DNA of 64,000 nucleotides from Escherichia coli (GTDB lineage Bacteria; Pseudomonadota; Gammaproteobacteria; Enterobacterales; Enterobacteriaceae): NCBI RefSeq assembly GCF_044647545.1, contig NZ_CP172818.1; one strand, 5' to 3'. Shown piece by piece: positions 61,281 to 64,000 of this stretch (position 1 is its first letter; each line of letters starts with the position of its first letter). The notes under the pieces were generated by a model. It saw only the letters and a program-made list of their open reading frames with translations, ran no database searches and was not told where the DNA came from. The position numbers and the translations under genes were made by a program.

Positions 61281-64000
<2,720 letters not shown>

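Overview
The window is Escherichia coli chromosome, recognised from the translated ORFs and gene order recalled from E. coli K-12 (no search was run). Gene order is: hyaC(3' end)-hyaDEF, appCB-appX-appA, cspH, cspG, ymcE, gnsA, yccM, torS, torT, torR, torCAD, cbpM-cbpA, yccE, agp, yccJ, wrbA, ymdF, rutGFEDCBA, rutR, putA, putP, efeUOB, phoH, pgaDCBA, dgcT(ycdT), tRNA-Ser serX, ghrA, ycdXYZ, csgGFED, csgBAC, ymdA-ymdB-clsC, opgC, opgG, opgH(5' part). Most genes are intact and of canonical length. I found no CRISPR array, prophage or IS element, and no multi-gene novel system. Four places depart from what I expect and deserve a second look. (1) A roughly 260-bp, extremely GC-rich segment (6582-6840) sits between a 3'-truncated appA and cspH, where K-12 carries the etk-etp-gfc locus plus IS1. 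(2) dgcT reads through a changed C-terminus straight into the serX terminator, where K-12 carries IS3, ymdE and ycdU. (3) The long N-terminal reading frame of phoH is out of frame with the PhoH core. (4) yccE is an AT-rich orphan gene with a clear OTU-type cysteine-protease signature. efeU is intact (it is a frameshifted pseudogene in K-12), so this is not K-12 itself. All coordinates were counted by hand and could be off by a few bases.
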